The notes beneath the pieces were generated by a model. It had not been told where the DNA came from. It did not search any database and saw nothing but the letters and a program-made list of their open reading frames with translations. This document shows positions 9,988 to 19,040 of a stretch of DNA of 64,000 nucleotides, piece after piece. Origin of the DNA: Candidatus Latescibacterota bacterium (GTDB lineage: Bacteria > Latescibacterota > UBA2968 > GCA-2709665); the NCBI GenBank assembly GCA_963667175.2, contig CAXXXF010000002.1, positions 64,001 to 128,000 on the forward strand. The letters are read 5' to 3'. Made by a program: the position numbers and the translations under genes. Position 1 is the first letter of the stretch. Each line of letters begins with the position of its first letter.

Positions 9988-10361
9988 CGCGCGTGACGCC
10001 TGACCTCGGAGTTGCTCTTCCCGGTCTTCTTCCAGTTGCTCTTCCCCGATTTTTTCCATCGTACGAAAACGCTATCCGCTTTCAGCGATTCCATCAGGGC
10101 GCCAGCCAGGAGCTCCAACGTTTCGGGATCCGTCTTCCAGGCGGCAGCCAGGCGTTCCAGGTCTTTCTCGGTGAAACGGACTCCCTGAAGCAAGGCCTTT
10201 CGCTTGACGGCCAGGCTGTCGGGCTGTTCCGCGTACCGGTGATGAAGTCGGATAACGTCCACGACAACGCGCGCCAGTTGTCGTTCGTCGAGTTCGGATC
10301 CATTCCGGGACGCGCACGCCAGCAGGCCGGAGAGCAGGAGCGTGAAGAGTGCCGGTCTCAT
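9975..10361 (-). CDS. Hypothetical lipoprotein (DUF4296-like), basic repeated C-terminal tail
   Basis: MRPALFTLLLSGLLAC lipobox; tail WKKSGKSNWKKTGKSN comes from a 24-bp tandem duplication. Confidence 0.6.
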   Translation of the reverse strand: MRPALFTLLLSGLLACASRNGSELDERQLARVVVDVIRLHHRYAEQPDSLAVKRKALLQGVRFTEKDLERLAAAWKTDPETLELLAGALMESLKADSVFVRWKKSGKSNWKKTGKSNSEVRRHARKKN

Positions 10362-10669
10362 TGTGAAAAAGATATCGGGACGCGCCGGGAGCGTCAAGGC
10401 CAAACGGCCAGCGACGTCATGGCGTGACGGCCAACGGAAGAACGGGAATCCGCGCCATACCGTTAACGCCGCCGCAGCGTCGGGACACGGCGCCGTAAGC
10501 ATGGGCCCAATGCAGGAGGCGCCCCTCCACAATATCTGGTATCCGTTGTCGCATGTACTTCTCCATTCCCACCACATTTACTTCTCAGGAGTCGACGCGC
10601 CGAAATGTGCGAGTATGGTCACGGGCTTGTTTTTTTTAGAGATAAGCGAAAAAATCGGTTAGAAATCCC

Positions 10670-10727
10670 TTGACTTTTATATGTCCTGGTCCTAATTTTG
10701 GTGGTGGAAAGTGGTGGAAAGTGGTGC
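10670..10727 (+). promoter_or_regulatory. dcw sigma70 promoter with MraZ boxes
   Basis: TTGACT-17 bp-TAATTT, then GTGGTGGAAA repeated at 10-bp period (3 GTGG units, 10701-10726), the established MraZ operator pattern. Confidence 0.85.
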
Positions 10728-10774
10728 GTTAGGGTTGATTTGACAGGCTGCGAGAATATCGCTCGAGCAGGACG

Positions 10775-10803
10775 AGCCCCGGCACGGTAGTCGGGGCTTT
10801 TTC
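10775..10803 (+). terminator. Terminator-like hairpin in the mraZ leader
   Basis: AGCCCCGGC-acggta-GTCGGGGCT-TTTT. Confidence 0.55.
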
Positions 10804-10884
10804 TCCCGATCCGGCCCCTGGTCGGAGCGAATTCAAAACGCCTTCGTCACCACCGCGGATCATGGCGCTTCTCAGCCTCCGTAG

Positions 10885-10913
10885 CAGTCCGGATGGGCTT
10901 TTTCAACGGGCTG
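10885..10913. mobile_element. 29-bp internally deleted MITE remnant
   Basis: GTAG[CAGTCCGGATGGGCTTTTTCAACGGGCTG]GTAG: both MITE termini plus a 4-bp target duplication. Confidence 0.75.
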
Positions 10914-10933
10914 GTAGCCTCCGAGTGACGCAC

Positions 10934-11389
10934 ATGTCAGACGAAACGCCGCTGTTCATCGGAGAATATGAGGAAATTCCCGTCGATAACAAGGGTCGGC
11001 TGATTGTCCCCGCCGCCATTCGCCGGGTTTTGCCTACGCATGTCACTTCGCTTGTCATCGCGAGGTGGTTTGACGGCTGCCTGGCCGGATTCGATCCGAT
11101 CGGTTGGCAGCAGGTCCTGCAGCAGATACGTGACGGTAGCCATAAGGGCAGAGTGAAGCGTCAGATCGCCCGCTGGGTCATGGGGGGAGCGGCGGAGACC
11201 AGAATCGACCGGCAGGGGCGTCTGCTGATTCCGCGAAAGCTGCTCGATACGGCGGAAATCGCGGACCGTGCGACGCTCAGTGGCGTTGGCAACAGGATAG
11301 AAGTCTGGAATCCGGCGCGATACAGCGCCGATATGAGTGATGTCGGCCAGAACCTGGAAGAATTCGCGGAAGACCTCGACATTCTCTGA
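10934..11389 (+). CDS. mraZ: Transcriptional regulator MraZ
   Basis: VDNKGRLIVPA and IDRQGRLLIP...GVGNRIEVW. Confidence 0.95.
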   Translation: MSDETPLFIGEYEEIPVDNKGRLIVPAAIRRVLPTHVTSLVIARWFDGCLAGFDPIGWQQVLQQIRDGSHKGRVKRQIARWVMGGAAETRIDRQGRLLIPRKLLDTAEIADRATLSGVGNRIEVWNPARYSADMSDVGQNLEEFAEDLDIL

Positions 11390-12329
11390 GTCCGGGCTCA
11401 GCGCCGCGGAATTTCACACGCCGGTCCTGGGTCTGGAAACGGCCGGCCGGGTGGTTAACGACCCGAACGGAATTTACGTCGATGGGACGGTGGGCGGCGG
11501 CGGCCATGCCGAGTTTCTGCTGGCGCGGATGGGCCCGCAGGGACGACTGATCGGTCTGGATCGGGATCCGGAGGCGATTTCGGCCGCCTCCCGTCGACTG
11601 CGCGGATTTTCCGATCAGGTGGAATTCGTCCGGACCCCTTTCAGCGAACTGCAGCCGGTTCTGGACGATCTGGGCGTGAGACAAATATCCGGGGCGCTTT
11701 TCGATCTCGGAGTTTCATCTCATCAGATCGAGGAGCCCTCCCGCGGCTTCAGTTATCGTCGAAACGGACCTCTGGATATGCGGATGGGGCCCGATGCCCG
11801 TCGGTCCGCGCGGGAGATCGTGAATGCTTATCCCCTCGCAGAATTGACGCGGATTTTCAGGAAATTCGGCGAGGAGCGCGCGGCGGGCCGGATTGCGCGG
11901 GCAATATGCCGTCGGCGGGTCCGGAAGCCGCTCGAGGAGACTTTGGAACTGGCCGCACTCATTTCGGAAACCGCGCGCGGACCCCGGACCGGAAAAGCCA
12001 TTGCCAGGATCTTTCAGTCGATCCGCATGGAAGTCAACGGTGAACTGGAGCAGCTTCGGGGGACCCTTGATGCGACCATCGGGAGGCTGGCGCGGGGCGG
12101 ACGGATAGGCGTTCTGTCCTATCACTCGATTGAAGACCGCGCGGTGAAGACGGCGTTTCGTTCGGCATCCCTGGCTTGTGTTTGCCCGCCGAATCTTCCC
12201 GTGTGCGGATGCGGACGAGTCCCGCAGATGCATGTCCTGACTCCTCGCGGCATTCGACCTGAACCGGATGAACAACGTCGAAACCCGAGGTCCAGGAGCG
12301 CCACGCTGCGGGTCGCCGAGAAACGGTGA
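11340..12329 (+). CDS. rsmH: 16S rRNA m4C1402 methyltransferase (start uncertain; overlaps mraZ)
   Basis: HTPVL, YVDGTVGGGGH, DLGVSSHQ, GPLDMRM, NPRSRSATLR. Confidence 0.95.
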   Translation: MSARTWKNSRKTSTFSESGLSAAEFHTPVLGLETAGRVVNDPNGIYVDGTVGGGGHAEFLLARMGPQGRLIGLDRDPEAISAASRRLRGFSDQVEFVRTPFSELQPVLDDLGVRQISGALFDLGVSSHQIEEPSRGFSYRRNGPLDMRMGPDARRSAREIVNAYPLAELTRIFRKFGEERAAGRIARAICRRRVRKPLEETLELAALISETARGPRTGKAIARIFQSIRMEVNGELEQLRGTLDATIGRLARGGRIGVLSYHSIEDRAVKTAFRSASLACVCPPNLPVCGCGRVPQMHVLTPRGIRPEPDEQRRNPRSRSATLRVAEKR

Positions 12330-12360
12330 AGTCGGGCGTTCGGATGAAACATGGCCGCGT

Positions 12361-12705
12361 ATGAAACCCAATACCGAAGTGAAGACGACGGGGGGATATC
12401 GATATGTCCTCCTCGCCGTGGCAATGGTGGTTGCGGGCCTTCTGGGTTACCTGTGGGAGCAGGCACAGACCGTGCGGCAGGGCGACGAAATCGCACGTCT
12501 TCGAGCCGGGCATCAGCAGCTGCTCCGTCATCAGGAGCGTCTCCGGGCAGAGATTTCAGGACTCCGAAGAAGCAGCCGAATCAGGGAAATCGCGACGGTT
12601 AAGCTCGGGATGACGTTTCCACAGGGTCCGCCTCAAAACCTGTACCTGGACGGACAACCCGGCCGCCAGGCGCTTTCCCGCCAAAAAATGAACCATGCGG
12701 ATTGA
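12361..12705 (+). CDS. ftsL: Cell division protein FtsL
   Basis: Single TM, coiled coil and RIREIATVKLGM; position between rsmH and ftsI. Confidence 0.8.
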   Translation: MKPNTEVKTTGGYRYVLLAVAMVVAGLLGYLWEQAQTVRQGDEIARLRAGHQQLLRHQERLRAEISGLRRSSRIREIATVKLGMTFPQGPPQNLYLDGQPGRQALSRQKMNHAD

Positions 12706-14791
12706 AGCGCGCCATATTCGCCGGATGAGAGCGATCTGCCTGCTCGGCGGTATCTTCGTTCTGGTCCTGGTCTACAGATTGACCGCGCTTCAGGTCTGGA
12801 CGGGTGACTTCTACAGCGCGCGGGCGAAGAGGCAGCACGAAAAGCCAACAGTGTTACAGGCGAACCGAGGTCGAATTCTGGACCGGCAGGGCCGGGTGCT
12901 CGCAACAAACCTCGAAGCCCAATCGTTCTTTGTCAACAGAGTAGCCGAACTGGATAGCCTTCGATCCATCGCGGTGCGATTTTCCGGAAGCGATGGCGAG
13001 CAGAACGCCGCGCTCCTGCGACGGCTGAAGAAGAGGCAATTCGTCTGGCTGGCTCGAAAGGTCTTCAGCGACCCGCGACAGGATTCGTTGCCGAAGGGTG
13101 TGGGCCGGATCGTCGAGATGAAGCGAAGCTATCCGATGGCTGAACTTGCCGGACAGATTCTGGGGTACACCGACATTGACAACCTTGGAATCGAGGGCGT
13201 GGAACTCGCCTGCAACTCGCTTCTGCAGGGCGAACCCGGAGATATGACGTCCAGGCGGGACGCGCGCGGCGAGGCGCTGGGCGCCCTGGGTGTCGTACGC
13301 AGAATGCCCGAGGACGGCGAGGACGTCATGTTGACCCTGGACGTCGATTACCAGTCGATCGTGGAAGAGGAGTTGGCCGCCGCCGTTACGGAGTTCCAGG
13401 CGGTGCACGGCATGGCGATCGTCACTTCACCCCGGTCAGGTGAAATCCTGGCGATGGCCAATGTGCCGCTGTACGATCCCAATCATTTCGGGAAATACGA
13501 TGCGGCGGTCCGGCGCAACCGCGCGGTAACCGATCTTTTCGAACCGGGATCGACGTTCAAGGCGTTCACTGTCGCGGGTGCGCTGTATGAAGGCCTCTGG
13601 CGCCGCGAAGATCGGATCTTCTGTGAGTTCGGCCGGATGAAGATTCCCGGCGGCGTGATCCGGGACACCCATCCTTGCGGGTGGTTGACGGTACAGCAGG
13701 TCGTGGAGGAATCCAGCAACATCGGTACCGTGAAAATCGCCCGAAAACTGAAACAGGCAGGCTTGTACGAATATGTCCGGCTGTTCGGATTCGGTACCAG
13801 GACTGCCGTGGATCTGCCGGGTGAAGTACCCGGAAACGTCAAGAAACCGACACAATGGTCGGGAAGAACGCTGGCGTCGATGGCGATCGGGCAGGAAATC
13901 GGCGTAACGGCATTGCAGATGGCGATGGCTTACGGCGCCATCGCCAACGGCGGTCGATTGATGGCGCCGCAAATCTATCGCCGCCGTTCGCCGGGCGGCG
14001 TCTGGGTGTCCGAGCGGCCCCACGTTCTGCGCGAGGTCGTTTCCGAGGAGACGGCACGGAACGTCGCCGAGATCCTCGAGGGGGTGGTACTGCGAGGCAC
14101 GGGCGCAAACGCGCAGGTATCCGGCTATCGCGTTGCCGGCAAAACGGGCACCGCGCAGCGAGCAAGAGAAGGAGGGAGGGGCTATGATCCGCATCGGTAC
14201 ATTTCCTCATTTGTCGGATTTCTGCCGGTAGAGCGTGCCGAATTCGTGTGTATCGTGGTCGTTGACAGTCCGAAGGGAACTTCCTGGGGCAGCAAGGTGG
14301 CGGCGCCCGTCTTCAGGCGGATCATGAGACGAATCTTGAGCCTGCGGGACACGGAAATGCGACATCGAGCAGTCGTTGAAGCCCGCGAGAAGGACGATGC
14401 GGAAACATCCACGCCGGTCCTGGCGGGACTGTCCCGGAAAGTGGCGAAACGGGTGATGGACCGGCACGGCATCCATCCGACGCGGGTTCGCGCGGGCGCG
14501 ACGTCGTCGGTAAAAGCGCAGGTCCCGTCGACTGAAATCAGGAAATCCCGGCAGGCAACCGCTTCGGTGGATTCGGCGAAGACCGATGATTCCGTAACCA
14601 TGCCTGACGTTGTGGGGGTTCCGCTACGGCAGGCTGTGGTTCAGTTGACGTCCTCGGGGTTGGTGGTAAGCGCCTCGGGCAGCGGAAGCGTCGTTTCGCA
14701 GACTCCCGTCGCCGGGTTGCCGGTTGCCCGCGGCACGGTCTGCAACGTGGAGTGCAGCCCGCGAAAAACGCCAATTCCGAACGACATGTGA
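12695..14791 (+). CDS. ftsI: Class B penicillin-binding protein FtsI with C-terminal PASTA
   Basis: RGRILDR, EPGSTFK (SxxK), SSN and KTGT motifs. Confidence 0.95.
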   Translation: MRIEARHIRRMRAICLLGGIFVLVLVYRLTALQVWTGDFYSARAKRQHEKPTVLQANRGRILDRQGRVLATNLEAQSFFVNRVAELDSLRSIAVRFSGSDGEQNAALLRRLKKRQFVWLARKVFSDPRQDSLPKGVGRIVEMKRSYPMAELAGQILGYTDIDNLGIEGVELACNSLLQGEPGDMTSRRDARGEALGALGVVRRMPEDGEDVMLTLDVDYQSIVEEELAAAVTEFQAVHGMAIVTSPRSGEILAMANVPLYDPNHFGKYDAAVRRNRAVTDLFEPGSTFKAFTVAGALYEGLWRREDRIFCEFGRMKIPGGVIRDTHPCGWLTVQQVVEESSNIGTVKIARKLKQAGLYEYVRLFGFGTRTAVDLPGEVPGNVKKPTQWSGRTLASMAIGQEIGVTALQMAMAYGAIANGGRLMAPQIYRRRSPGGVWVSERPHVLREVVSEETARNVAEILEGVVLRGTGANAQVSGYRVAGKTGTAQRAREGGRGYDPHRYISSFVGFLPVERAEFVCIVVVDSPKGTSWGSKVAAPVFRRIMRRILSLRDTEMRHRAVVEAREKDDAETSTPVLAGLSRKVAKRVMDRHGIHPTRVRAGATSSVKAQVPSTEIRKSRQATASVDSAKTDDSVTMPDVVGVPLRQAVVQLTSSGLVVSASGSGSVVSQTPVAGLPVARGTVCNVECSPRKTPIPNDM

Positions 14792-14804
14792 CAAGAGTCA
14801 CGTT

Positions 14805-16328
14805 ATGCGGCTGGTCGACTTCATTTCCCGGGTTCCAGGGGCACAATGGCTTCACAGGGGCGATCCATGGGTTTCCGGTCTGGCCACGGATTCGCGAAAG
14901 GTCCGACCGGGTGATCTGTTCGTCGCCATCAGGGGAGGACAGCTTCGGGACCGGCATGCATTCGTGCCTCAGGCCGTGGCTGCCGGGGCCGTGGCGGTGG
15001 TGGTTGAAGAGCAGGTTGAAGCGGACGTTGCAGTCGTCCGGGTGCCCTCGGCGCGGAAGGCGCTGGGAATCCTCGCCGAACGACTTTACGGGTCGCCTTC
15101 GCGCAACCTTCGAATGGCGGGGGTAACGGGAACCAATGGAAAGACCACGACGGCAATGCTGTTACATGCGTCGCTGGACGCCTCCGCGGGGGCCTGCGGA
15201 TTGCTCGGCACGGTTGAATACAGACTGGGCGGGCGGGGGATACCGTCTTTCATCGGAACGCCTGAAGCGCACGATCTGCAGCGGTTGCTGAAAGAGATGA
15301 CGGACAACGGCTGCGAGGCGGCCGTGATGGAAGTGACGTCGCACGGATTGGCGCTGGACCGTGTGCACGGGATCGAATTCAACACGGCGGTCTTTACCAA
15401 TTTCTCGCGGGACCATCTGGATTTCCACGATTCGCTGGAATCCTATCTGGCCGCAAAAAAGCTGCTCTTTGACAACCTGGTTCCGGATGCGCATGCCGTG
15501 GTGAACGCGGACGACGAGGCGACCGATCGCCTCTTGAGCGACTGCAGTGCCCGGGTCGTGTCCTTCGGCCGTTCGCCGGGAGCGGATGTACGAATCACGT
15601 CCGCGGATGCGGACGGCGGCGGCACACGCATGGAGCTGGAAACGCATTGGGGAACCCTGTGTTTTTCGATGGCGCTTCAGGGTCGTTTCCATCAAATGAA
15701 CGCCGCGGCTGCAATCGCCGCCGGGCTGACGATGGACGTGGACGCGGAGACGATTGCCGGGGCCATTCGGGACGTACAGGTGCCCGGCCGTTTCGAGAGC
15801 GTTCGAGAGGGTCAGGATTTCAGTGTGATTGTGGATTACGCACATACGCCCGACGCGCTCGGGAACGTATTGCGGGCGGCCCGCGAGTTTACGGAAGGTC
15901 GATTGATCTGCGTGTTTGGATGCGGCGGCGATCGCGACCGCGGCAAGCGGTCGCAGATGGGACGTATTTCGGCCCGGACGTCCGATCTGACCATTGTGAC
16001 GTCCGACAATCCCAGGACCGAAAACCCGGAGTCGATTCTCAAAGACATCCTGGAGGGTGTTGGAAGCGCCGACTATCGGGTCGAAGTTGACCGGCGTAAG
16101 GCGATTACACTGGCCGTTGAATGTGCTTCGTCCGGCGACCTTGTCGTTATCGCCGGCAAGGGTCACGAGAATTATCAGGATATCGGAGGACAGAAGGTCC
16201 ACTTCGACGACCGGCAGGTGGCGCGGGACATCCTGAGGGGTCGCAATTCGCCCTTGTCGGGGCGCCGGACGCCCGCTGGATCGAGACTGGCAGATCGTCA
16301 CCCGGAACGCGGAATATGGAAGGAATGA
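14805..16328 (+). CDS. murE: UDP-MurNAc-dipeptide--meso-DAP ligase
   Basis: GVTGTNGKTT, DYAHTPD, FGCGGDRD, DNPR. Confidence 0.96.
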   Translation: MRLVDFISRVPGAQWLHRGDPWVSGLATDSRKVRPGDLFVAIRGGQLRDRHAFVPQAVAAGAVAVVVEEQVEADVAVVRVPSARKALGILAERLYGSPSRNLRMAGVTGTNGKTTTAMLLHASLDASAGACGLLGTVEYRLGGRGIPSFIGTPEAHDLQRLLKEMTDNGCEAAVMEVTSHGLALDRVHGIEFNTAVFTNFSRDHLDFHDSLESYLAAKKLLFDNLVPDAHAVVNADDEATDRLLSDCSARVVSFGRSPGADVRITSADADGGGTRMELETHWGTLCFSMALQGRFHQMNAAAAIAAGLTMDVDAETIAGAIRDVQVPGRFESVREGQDFSVIVDYAHTPDALGNVLRAAREFTEGRLICVFGCGGDRDRGKRSQMGRISARTSDLTIVTSDNPRTENPESILKDILEGVGSADYRVEVDRRKAITLAVECASSGDLVVIAGKGHENYQDIGGQKVHFDDRQVARDILRGRNSPLSGRRTPAGSRLADRHPERGIWKE

Positions 16329-17740
16329 CACTGGCGGAAGCGGCGGCGGCAATGGACGGAGCGTTGGTCGGCGCCGGCGATCCGGCGATCTGTCCGACGG
16401 GCGGGTGCATCGATACGCGGGTGTTGAACGCGGGCGAGTTGTTTTTCGCGCTCGAGGGAGAGCGCGTCGACGGAAACCGGGATGGGCATCGATTTGTGGA
16501 CGACGCCCTGAATAAAGGGGCGGCAGGCGCCGTCGTCTCACGACAGTGGGCCGAAGACCGAAAATCCCGAAGACAACCCGGAACGCTGATCGCCGTCGAG
16601 AATCCGGGCCTCGCGCTGGGCGCTCTCGGCAGCGCGTACCGCCGGCGATTTCGGATTCCGGTGGTGGGCATTACCGGAAGCAGTGGGAAGACGACGACCA
16701 AGGATATGGCGACCGCCGTGTTGAGCACCCGGTACCGGGTGCTGTCCACGGAAGGCAACCTGAACAACTGGCTTGGGGTCCCACTGACCATGCTGCGGCT
16801 TTCAGGCGACCACGAAGCCGCGGTCATCGAACTGGGCATCAGCGAACACGGCGGTTTGAAATACCTGTGCGAAATTGCCGATCCGACGATCGGCGTGATT
16901 ACCAATATTGGACCCGCACACCTTGAGTTTTTAGGCTCTGTAGAGGGGGTGGCCAAAGCCAAAGGGGAACTCCTGGATCATCTTGAAGAGTCTTCAATGG
17001 CTATCTTGAATCTCGATAACCTGTACGTGTCCAAGGAGCGAGCAAGACTAAAGGGGAGACTCCTGGGCTTTGGTATCGAGAAGATATGTCAGTTTCGTGG
17101 GGAGGGACTTGTCATAGACCAGGAGGGCTGCGGTCATTTCTCTCTGCAGGGCCGTCTTTTTCGTCTGGCTGTACCCGGTCGGCACCAGGTGTATAACGCG
17201 CTGGCCGCGGCGGCGGCGGGCGCCGCACTGGATGTGCCTGTTGAAAACGCCGCAAGAGCGCTTGGTGAATTTCGCCCTTCGAAGTTGCGGGGTCAGGTGG
17301 TCGAACGGGATGGAATCCGGCTGTTGAACGATTCGTACAACGCCAATCCCGCCTCAATGCGGGCGGCTCTGGAAACACTGGCGCAGATGTCCATCACGGG
17401 CGACGGACGGCGGGTGGCTGTGCTGGGCGATATGCTTGAACTGGGCGCGTCCGCCATCCAAAGCCACCGGCGCCTGGGTCTGCTCGCCGCCGGACTCGGG
17501 ATCGACGCCGTATTCGCGTTCGGTAAAATGTCGACGTACGTGTCTGAAGGCAGCGTATCGGGCGGTCTTTCACCGAAGCGGTCGCGGGCATTCACGGACC
17601 GTGATACCCTGGTGACAAAGCTCAGGGCCTTTCTCAAACCCGGCGATCTGATTCTGATGAAGGGGTCTCGCGGACTGGCAATGGAGACAACAGCCGAAGC
17701 GTTGGGGTTTGAAACGAAACCATCAGTTATGGTCGACTGA
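16316..17740 (+). CDS. murF: UDP-MurNAc-tripeptide--D-Ala-D-Ala ligase
   Basis: GITGSSGKTTTK, NDSYNANPASM, GDMLELG, KGSRG. Confidence 0.96.
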   Translation: MEGMTLAEAAAAMDGALVGAGDPAICPTGGCIDTRVLNAGELFFALEGERVDGNRDGHRFVDDALNKGAAGAVVSRQWAEDRKSRRQPGTLIAVENPGLALGALGSAYRRRFRIPVVGITGSSGKTTTKDMATAVLSTRYRVLSTEGNLNNWLGVPLTMLRLSGDHEAAVIELGISEHGGLKYLCEIADPTIGVITNIGPAHLEFLGSVEGVAKAKGELLDHLEESSMAILNLDNLYVSKERARLKGRLLGFGIEKICQFRGEGLVIDQEGCGHFSLQGRLFRLAVPGRHQVYNALAAAAAGAALDVPVENAARALGEFRPSKLRGQVVERDGIRLLNDSYNANPASMRAALETLAQMSITGDGRRVAVLGDMLELGASAIQSHRRLGLLAAGLGIDAVFAFGKMSTYVSEGSVSGGLSPKRSRAFTDRDTLVTKLRAFLKPGDLILMKGSRGLAMETTAEALGFETKPSVMVD

Positions 17741-17864
17741 CGACGCTTCGATCCTGTCCGTCGCGCGTCTGCAGTTTCTGACGTTTCGTCCTGAATTCAC
17801 AATCCCGTTCCGTGATCCCAGGCCGGTCTCCGTTTCGGGATCTCATTTCCGACAAGTGGAATAT

Positions 17865-19040
17865 ATGACGACCGCAGGCGCAGAACGTCAGCCCTTTCTG
17901 CTGATGTTGCTGGTGATCGGGCTGGTTGGATTTGGCCTCGTGATGGTGTATAGCGCCAGCACGGCCCTGGGTCAGGTGCGATTCGAGAGCGGCCACTTTT
18001 TCCTGAAGCGGTGGGCGGTGCGCACGGCGGTCGGTCTCGTGGCGATGCTCTTGATTATGCGGGTGGACTATCGCGTCTGGGCACGATTTGCCCGGGTGTT
18101 GCTGGCCATCGGTTTTCTGGGATTGGCCGTTGTCCTGGTCTTCAAACTGGCGGGTATCGGCAAGGTGCGCGGCGCATACCGGTGGATTCCATTGCCCGGG
18201 GGCACGCTGCAGCCTTCGGATCTGATGCGTCTCGCGCTGGTCGTCTACCTGGCGGAGTCGCTCAGCAGGCGCCAGGGCCTGGTAAGGGATCTCGTTCAGG
18301 GTTTTCTCCCGCATATTGCCATCATCGGCGTCGCAATGGGAATGGTCATGCTTCAGCCGGATCTGGGAACGGCACTGGCGATTGGATTGACGTGCACGCT
18401 GATGTTGTATCTGGCCGGTGTGCGGGTAAAGCATCTGGCCGGAACGGGGATGGTGCTACTGCCGTTACTGTATATCGTCGTATTCGTACTGGGATATCGA
18501 AAGGAACGGTTGTTGACGTTCCTGAGTCCGACGGACGACGTGCAGGGCGCCGGTTATCATGTGATGCAGTCTTTGCTGGCGCTGGGAAGTGGAGGATGGA
18601 CAGGCGTGGGGCTCGGACAGAGTCTGCAGAAATATTTCTTCCTGCCGGAGCCGCATACCGACTTTGTGTTCAGCATCGTGGGCGAGGAACTCGGATTTGC
18701 CGGCACCGCCGGCCTGGTGATCTGTTTCCTTCTCATCGCCCGATACGGCTTTCAGATCGCCCGTCGTGCGCCGGACCTGCACGGCTTCTTTCTGGCGTCA
18801 GGGATTACGTTCATGATTCTGGTTTACGCGTTCATAAACATGGGCGTATGCACTGGATTGTTACCGGCCACCGGGCTTCCCCTGCCGTTTATCAGTTACG
18901 GTGGGTCTTCACTGCTATTCACGATGCTGGCCGTTGGAATTCTGATCAACATCGGGCGGCGCGGAACGGCCGACCCGGGAACGCTTCCCCAACGAACCGG
19001 TACCGTCAGAAGGTACAGGATGGGAGATCGCAGGATCTGA
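17865..19040 (+). CDS. ftsW: Peptidoglycan glycosyltransferase FtsW
   Basis: MVYSAS, QPDLGT, LPEPHTDFVFSIVGEELG, LPFISYGGSS. Confidence 0.96.
   Translation: MTTAGAERQPFLLMLLVIGLVGFGLVMVYSASTALGQVRFESGHFFLKRWAVRTAVGLVAMLLIMRVDYRVWARFARVLLAIGFLGLAVVLVFKLAGIGKVRGAYRWIPLPGGTLQPSDLMRLALVVYLAESLSRRQGLVRDLVQGFLPHIAIIGVAMGMVMLQPDLGTALAIGLTCTLMLYLAGVRVKHLAGTGMVLLPLLYIVVFVLGYRKERLLTFLSPTDDVQGAGYHVMQSLLALGSGGWTGVGLGQSLQKYFFLPEPHTDFVFSIVGEELGFAGTAGLVICFLLIARYGFQIARRAPDLHGFFLASGITFMILVYAFINMGVCTGLLPATGLPLPFISYGGSSLLFTMLAVGILINIGRRGTADPGTLPQRTGTVRRYRMGDRRI

Noticed and set aside
10010-10057. 24-bp tandem duplication in the lipoprotein tail
   Set aside because: Only two units; looks like ordinary slippage
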